From positions 1 to 39,894 of the IMG/VR virus record IMGVR_UViG_3300020045_002897: a stretch of 39,894 nt of DNA; one strand, 5' to 3'. The DNA is from a virus. Its lineage: Duplodnaviria; Caudoviricetes. The position numbers and the translations under genes were made by a program. Of the stretch, positions 36,031 to 39,894 are shown piece by piece (the stretch's first letter is position 1; the number at the start of each line of letters is the position of its first letter). The notes beneath the pieces were generated by a model that saw only the letters and a list, made by a program, of their open reading frames with translations, did no database searches and was not told where the DNA came from.

Positions 36031-36186
36031 AAAAACCCCGCTGGCATCCGGAGGGGTGGATACAACCAGCGGGGCAAAAACCAAGGAAAACGGGAGGAAA
36101 ACCTTGGTTTTTAATTCGGGGCGGGGAGATCAGCGCCAACCAACCTCCCCGCAGTCAGGGGTTCCAAGGAGCAACCCGCCCCTGAC
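36031..36186 (-). ncRNA. Candidate structured 3'-UTR small RNA: four stem-loops ending in an intrinsic terminator
   Basis: Closely tiled inverted repeats at 36154-36186, 36121-36152, 36076-36112 and 36036-36074. G-U extensions and the final U-tract fit the - strand. Two loops contain CCUCC. Confidence 0.55.
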
Positions 36187-36756
36187 TTATTCGGCCTTCT
36201 TGCCCTTGCCACCAAGGTCCAGCTCTGCCAGCAAGCTGTCGGTATCGACAGTTGTCTTGCTGTTCGACTGCTTCTCGGCTTCGAGACGCTGGACGATGGG
36301 ACGCAGCTTGTCCGAATTGCGGAGAGCCAGCTTTTCGGCCTGCGACTTGGTGGACAGATAGGTCTTGATGTCTGCGGGCGACTTGCCCGAAGCTTCGACC
36401 AACGCACGGGCCAAGATCGACGTTCCAGCGAACGAACCGCCGCTCGAACGACCTGCGTTCCATTCACCCTTTTCGAGGCGGGCGATCAGGTCTTCAACCG
36501 CAAGCACCTGATCATCAGGGTCGGTCTCACCTGCGATGCAATCACCGAGCTTCTGCTCCGCGCCGTGCGCTGCGAAACGAGCGAGCATCTCATCAGGCAC
36601 AGTGAACGAGCGAGTCTCGCCATTGCGAAAGTCAAGCTGGACGGAAACAACATTGCCGTCGATCGTGGAGGTCTTCACCAGCTTCTGTTTGGTGGTGAAC
36701 TCAACAACTCGGCCATCGGTCATTGTAACGGGGACTTTTGCAGCAGCTTCTGCCAT
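36187..36756 (-). CDS. Early protein of unknown function (paralogue A)
   Basis: AAAGGA RBS, own promoter and terminator; clear similarity to 38799-39314. Confidence 0.9.
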   Translation of the reverse strand: MAEAAAKVPVTMTDGRVVEFTTKQKLVKTSTIDGNVVSVQLDFRNGETRSFTVPDEMLARFAAHGAEQKLGDCIAGETDPDDQVLAVEDLIARLEKGEWNAGRSSGGSFAGTSILARALVEASGKSPADIKTYLSTKSQAEKLALRNSDKLRPIVQRLEAEKQSNSKTTVDTDSLLAELDLGGKGKKAE

Positions 36757-36817
36757 AGGTAATTCCTTTCAAAGGGTTTGTTGGTTGTGGGCTTAACGAT
36801 TGCTAATCCGACAATTG

Positions 36818-36846
36818 ACAATTGCATAGAGATAGGGCGGCGTCAA
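36818..36846 (-). promoter_or_regulatory. Sigma70-like promoter
   Basis: TTGACG, 17 nt, AATTGT with extended -10 TG, upstream of the ATG at 36756. Confidence 0.6.
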
Positions 36847-36849
36847 TGG

Positions 36850-37206
36850 TTATTGTGAGATAGCGTAGGCGGAATGTTCAATATTTGCCAGCCATGGGTT
36901 TAGGGTGAATAGGTCTGACAGCCTAGCGGGTTTGGATATGATACGAACAAACCAGCCAGACTCGACCGAGTGCATGACCTTGGTTCGGTAGTCGTATCGG
37001 TGTTCGAGGTCCCAGTAATGGCCGGCCTTGGCCTTGTCGGAACGGATGCACCAGCGGAAGCGGCGGAACTCCGATGCGATGGTGCGGGCGAGGGCTTCGG
37101 ATTGGTAGTAGTATCGGACCTCGCCGTCGGGGGAGCGGAGGCAGGCCGACATGATGGCGGAAACCTCAGGCCGGAAATTGGACGGAGGCTTGTAGGACCA
37201 AGTCAT
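36850..37206 (-). CDS. Hypothetical protein
   Basis: GAGGAGG upstream; ATGA coupling. Confidence 0.75.
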   Translation of the reverse strand: MTWSYKPPSNFRPEVSAIMSACLRSPDGEVRYYYQSEALARTIASEFRRFRWCIRSDKAKAGHYWDLEHRYDYRTKVMHSVESGWFVRIISKPARLSDLFTLNPWLANIEHSAYAISQ

Positions 37207-37409
37207 TGAGCACCCTCCTCAATAAAAGTCTTAGCCTCAGCCTCGCTGGAAAACCTTCCCGCCAAAGCTGCTATTGGCCCTCTTGTTCTGACTCCATCGG
37301 GTAGACGTATACCACGCCAAAAGCCGTTGCGAACAGCTTCTATCCAGACGATTTCTTGCCTCCCCTCGCGAGTTCTAACTCCATAGCATTTTCTTCCTAC
37401 CGCCATCAT
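37203..37409 (-). CDS. Small basic hypothetical protein
   Basis: GGGAG RBS; ATGA coupling on both sides. Confidence 0.65.
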   Translation of the reverse strand: MMAVGRKCYGVRTREGRQEIVWIEAVRNGFWRGIRLPDGVRTRGPIAALAGRFSSEAEAKTFIEEGAQ

Positions 37410-37819
37410 TCCGACTCCCTACCAAAGAACTTATTCGGCTGGTGCGTTGCATTTCCACCTTGTACCCTTTCCGCGATCTTCATAGCTGCCAGTTCCTCAT
37501 CCGTCATGAGGTCCATCTCATCAAGGCCAAGATCGGCGAAGAGCAGTTCAGCTGCTTCGGCTGACTTGCGTGGGACGACGAGGATAGTCGGCGGTTCGCG
37601 CTTGGTTACAAGGACATATTTCTCCGCGGCTTCTTTCAATTCCGAGTCGAAGAACTTCCCTTCCCGATAAGGCCGGATGGTTCGATACATCGTCATGCGG
37701 ACTGAGAGCGCTGTGTTGAAGTCGCTGAAGTTCAGGACTAGTTCTGGCTGGTCGTCTCGAAGGGCTTTCCGCCAGATTGCGAGATAGATGCGCTTCTCTC
37801 GTGCTAGGTCTTTGGACAT
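37406..37819 (-). CDS. Hypothetical protein
   Basis: ATG 37819 (MSKDLARE) with GGAG RBS. Confidence 0.8.
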   Translation of the reverse strand: MSKDLAREKRIYLAIWRKALRDDQPELVLNFSDFNTALSVRMTMYRTIRPYREGKFFDSELKEAAEKYVLVTKREPPTILVVPRKSAEAAELLFADLGLDEMDLMTDEELAAMKIAERVQGGNATHQPNKFFGRESE

Positions 37820-37878
37820 TGGGCTGTCTCCGTTTTGGGTGAATGGGAGCAAGGCGCAAACCCTGCTCCCGAGGTTGG

Positions 37879-38055
37879 TTATTCGATTTCTGCCGCAGCT
37901 GCTTGCTTCTCCATCTCCGCAACCACAGCTGCGTTGTAAGCAGCTTCTTTGATTGAGTCGTCAGGGTCGGAAGGGTCGGAGATATAACCAACTGGTTTGG
38001 CTTCCTCAACCGCAGCTTCTGCTGCTGGTTCTGCTGGTTTGTCTTTAACTGCCAT
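37879..38055 (-). CDS. 58-aa acidic protein (not in the ORF track)
   Basis: AAAGGA RBS; MAVKDKPAEPAAEAAVEEAKPVGYISDPSDPDDSIKEAAYNAAVVAEMEKQAAAAEIE*; promoter upstream and hairpin downstream. Confidence 0.75.
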   Translation of the reverse strand: MAVKDKPAEPAAEAAVEEAKPVGYISDPSDPDDSIKEAAYNAAVVAEMEKQAAAAEIE

Positions 38056-38100
38056 ATTTATTTCCTTTGCAAAGGCGATAGCAACCCGCTACCGTTAATT

Positions 38101-38129
38101 GGTATGACGGATGGAATGGTCGTAGTCAA
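38101..38129 (-). promoter_or_regulatory. Sigma70-like promoter
   Basis: TTGACT (38129-24), 17 nt, CATACC (38106-01). Confidence 0.55.
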
Positions 38130-38280
38130 TACGAGATTGATGGCTTATATCTCCAGTTGACGGATGGGAATTATCTCGCTACCCGCGCGCGCCTGTGCGC
38201 ATGTGCGCGTTACTTAAAGGTCTGCCAGATATTTCCCCGCCCGTTCGACATCCCAAACCCTTTCCGAGTCGATTGCTGTA

Positions 38281-38646
38281 TTATGCAGCTTTTGGGGAAT
38301 TAGTCGTAGGCTTAAACATCGATTTATCCTCTTTCTGCTGCTTAGCCGTCGCGTATCGCAAATTGAGGCTATCATTATTCTGTTTATCGCCGTCTATGTG
38401 GTCTATTCCGTCCGCTTCATCGGGCCGAGGTCCGATGAACGCCTCAGCGACTAGTTTATGAATTGTCAATGTTTTGGCTTTCCCATTCCGACATAGCCCT
38501 ACACAGAAATATCCATGCCCGTTTAAGCTAGCTGTTAATTCCGGTTTTGGTCTGTGGTTACGTAAACCGACTCGGACGCGTCGAACGTTGCCGATATTGC
38601 TGACCATATATTCAGGCCAACCGATTACTGAACGCCACTCTTGCAT
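38281..38646 (-). CDS. NUMOD4-HNH homing-endonuclease-like protein
   Basis: EWRSVIGWPEYMVSNIGNVR (NUMOD4); IHKLVAEAFI...IDHIDGDKQNNDSLNLRYAT (HNH). Confidence 0.88.
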   Translation of the reverse strand: MQEWRSVIGWPEYMVSNIGNVRRVRVGLRNHRPKPELTASLNGHGYFCVGLCRNGKAKTLTIHKLVAEAFIGPRPDEADGIDHIDGDKQNNDSLNLRYATAKQQKEDKSMFKPTTNSPKAA

Positions 38647-38672
38647 GATTATTTCCCTATCTGTTTAATTCC

Positions 38673-38709
38673 TAACGTAAAAATGGCATAAAATACGATA
38701 ACGTAAAAA
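38673..38709. repeat. 11-bp direct repeat TAACGTAAAAA, two copies
   Basis: Exact copies at 38673-38683 and 38699-38709 in the AT-rich divergent intergenic region. Confidence 0.7.
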
Positions 38710-38723
38710 CTGAATTTAGAGGC

Positions 38724-38751
38724 TTGCAATGTTGCTAGGTCTGTTTATATT
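38724..38751 (+). promoter_or_regulatory. Sigma70-like rightward promoter
   Basis: TTGCAA, 16 nt, TATATT; GGCTTGCAAT recurs at 39324-39333. Confidence 0.55.
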
Positions 38752-38798
38752 TCAGGTTGTCGGTCAATAGTGATCGCACAAAAACTGGAGTAAATGAA

Positions 38799-39314
38799 AT
38801 GGCAAGAAAGAACGCAATCGTATCCGTCGCAGTAGCTAGCGGCGCAATCACATTTACCGTCGCAGACGTTGGTGACATCGTCGTCGATGTCACAAAACTG
38901 TCGGACGAAATCACCGAGCGCGCAACCTATCACGGCCTAGTGCAGAAAATTAGCGATGCTGCCGCACTAGGCAAGGATGCAACCCCCGCCGACAAATACA
39001 ACGCTATGAAGGCTGTAGCTGACCGACTGGTTGACGGTGAATGGAAACAATCTCGCGGCGAAGGTGCTGGTCCTGTGGCTGGTGTTATCTTCCGTGCGTT
39101 TGTGCAGTGGGTTGGTGATAGGGCGAAGGCCGCGAAAAAACCCGCCCCCGCAACTGAGGCCATTCGCGCTGTCTATGACGGCAAGACCCGTGCGGAACAA
39201 CTAGCCCTTCGTAATGTGCCGGAAATCGCGGCCATTATCGAAACGTTGAAGGCGGAAAAACAACCCAAGACCGCTGTGGATAGCGCCGCGCTGTTGGCTG
39301 ATTTGGGGTTGTAG
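38799..39314 (+). CDS. Early protein of unknown function (paralogue B)
   Basis: GGAG RBS before ATG 38799; similar to 36187-36756; followed by a terminator. Confidence 0.88.
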   Translation: MARKNAIVSVAVASGAITFTVADVGDIVVDVTKLSDEITERATYHGLVQKISDAAALGKDATPADKYNAMKAVADRLVDGEWKQSRGEGAGPVAGVIFRAFVQWVGDRAKAAKKPAPATEAIRAVYDGKTRAEQLALRNVPEIAAIIETLKAEKQPKTAVDSAALLADLGL

Positions 39315-39359
39315 TATCAACGGGGCTTGCAATCGGTAAGAATTGCGCCCATAGAATAG

Positions 39360-39388
39360 CCAGCGGGTTTAGCGACTCGCTGGTTTTT
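39360..39388 (+). terminator. Intrinsic terminator
   Basis: CCAGCGGGT / ACTCGCTGG stem followed by TTTTT. Confidence 0.7.
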
Positions 39389-39412
39389 CGTTGTTTTGAA
39401 AGGTTTTTCGAT

Positions 39413-39613
39413 ATGAATATCATGCAACCCCCCGCTGACTATGCCGCAACTCTGCTAACCTTCTGCCTAGGCAATCACCAAACCGCCTTAGCCGAAACCT
39501 ACAACGCAGCCCGCAGCTTCCCGCAAACCCCGTGCAGCTATTGGCTCGCCGTTGCTGACGCTATCCGCGCTGATATGGTGTTAGCCGCTATCGTTCAGGA
39601 GTCCGCACAATGA
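39413..39613 (+). CDS. Hypothetical protein
   Basis: AAAGG upstream; ATGA coupling to the next ORF. Confidence 0.6.
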   Translation: MNIMQPPADYAATLLTFCLGNHQTALAETYNAARSFPQTPCSYWLAVADAIRADMVLAAIVQESAQ

Positions 39614-39801
39614 CCTTATTCGAACTGCAAGAGCATTGCCTAGCCAATGCCGTTGAAGCCGTGATCTGTGGCGACACAATGACTATTAACGTCTCAGACA
39701 TAGACACCGGCCATGTCTTCCCCAGCCTGCACACTGGTCGCGGTTACCTAGATGAACCTTGCGACTGGATAACCACAGACGCGGATTATGACTATACCTA
39801 A
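39610..39801 (+). CDS. Small acidic hypothetical protein
   Basis: AGGAG RBS; followed by a terminator. Confidence 0.65.
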   Translation: MTLFELQEHCLANAVEAVICGDTMTINVSDIDTGHVFPSLHTGRGYLDEPCDWITTDADYDYT

Positions 39802-39832
39802 CCGATCCGGCGCAAACCCCACCCCACCCTGA

Positions 39833-39860
39833 CCCCAGCCTAACCCGCTGGGGTTTTTCT
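39833..39860 (+). terminator. Intrinsic terminator
   Basis: CCCCAGC / GCTGGGG stem followed by TTTTTCT. Confidence 0.75.
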
Positions 39861-39894
39861 TTGCCCATCGCGGCCCTGCCATGACCTGCAAAGC

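Larger units (their letters stand above)
1..39894. mobile_element. Podovirus-like dsDNA bacteriophage genome (near complete, truncated at least at the left edge)
   Basis: Contiguous terminase-portal-scaffold-capsid-adaptor-nozzle-ejection-fibre-lysis block. Opposite-strand replication and early block. No tape-measure, sheath or host housekeeping genes. Confidence 0.95.

Noticed and set aside
36031-36186. tRNA, or + strand CsrA/RsmA sponge (GGA loops)
   Set aside because: No cloverleaf, T-loop or CCA. G-U pairs, the final U-tract and upstream gene orientation favour the - strand.
37548-38009. 153-aa - strand ORF
   Set aside because: Alternative frame overlapping two better-supported genes (37879-38055 and 37406-37819) that have clear RBSs.
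1-39894. Integrase/lysogeny module or hypermodified-base synthesis cluster
   Set aside because: No recombinase, CI/Cro pair or nucleotide-modification enzymes recognised. Absence cannot be proven for sequence outside the window or among the unknown ORFs.

Overview
Most of the genome of a ~40 kb podovirus-like dsDNA phage of a Gram-negative host. The two-component spanins indicate a Gram-negative host; promoter style hints at an alphaproteobacterium (inference). The + strand (1-21969) carries the packaging, structural and lysis genes: HTH/TerS candidate, tailspike, TerL, portal, Zn-ribbon, scaffold, capsid, decoration, adaptor, nozzle, GNAT-like protein, three ejection proteins, tail fibre, endolysin, holin and spanins. 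The - strand (21966-38646) carries replication/recombination and early genes: DUF3987-type AAA+ helicase, family A polymerase with an N-terminal UDG-like domain, ParB-methyltransferase fusion, SSB, Sak4-like ATPase, Cas4-like nuclease, Dda-like helicase, ~20 small ORFs and a NUMOD4-HNH. A short divergent + strand unit closes the window. No integrase, CI-like repressor, primase, RNA polymerase, tRNA or CRISPR was recognised. Most notable signals: (1) a four-copy palindrome CTAGGGGTTA-N8-TAACCCCTAG lying over -10 boxes, with a ribbon-helix-helix candidate binder; (2) a four-hairpin 3'-UTR RNA with anti-Shine-Dalgarno CCUCC loops; (3) three promoter-proximal early proteins sharing the C-terminal motif KxxVDxxxLLx(E/D)L(G/D)L; (4) a PolA with Asp at the steric gate, His762 and a degenerate UDG domain, in a genome with no visible primase; (5) two receptor-binding proteins with the same N-terminal anchor, one placed between the TerS candidate and TerL. 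All assignments are by eye from motifs and gene order; no searches were run.
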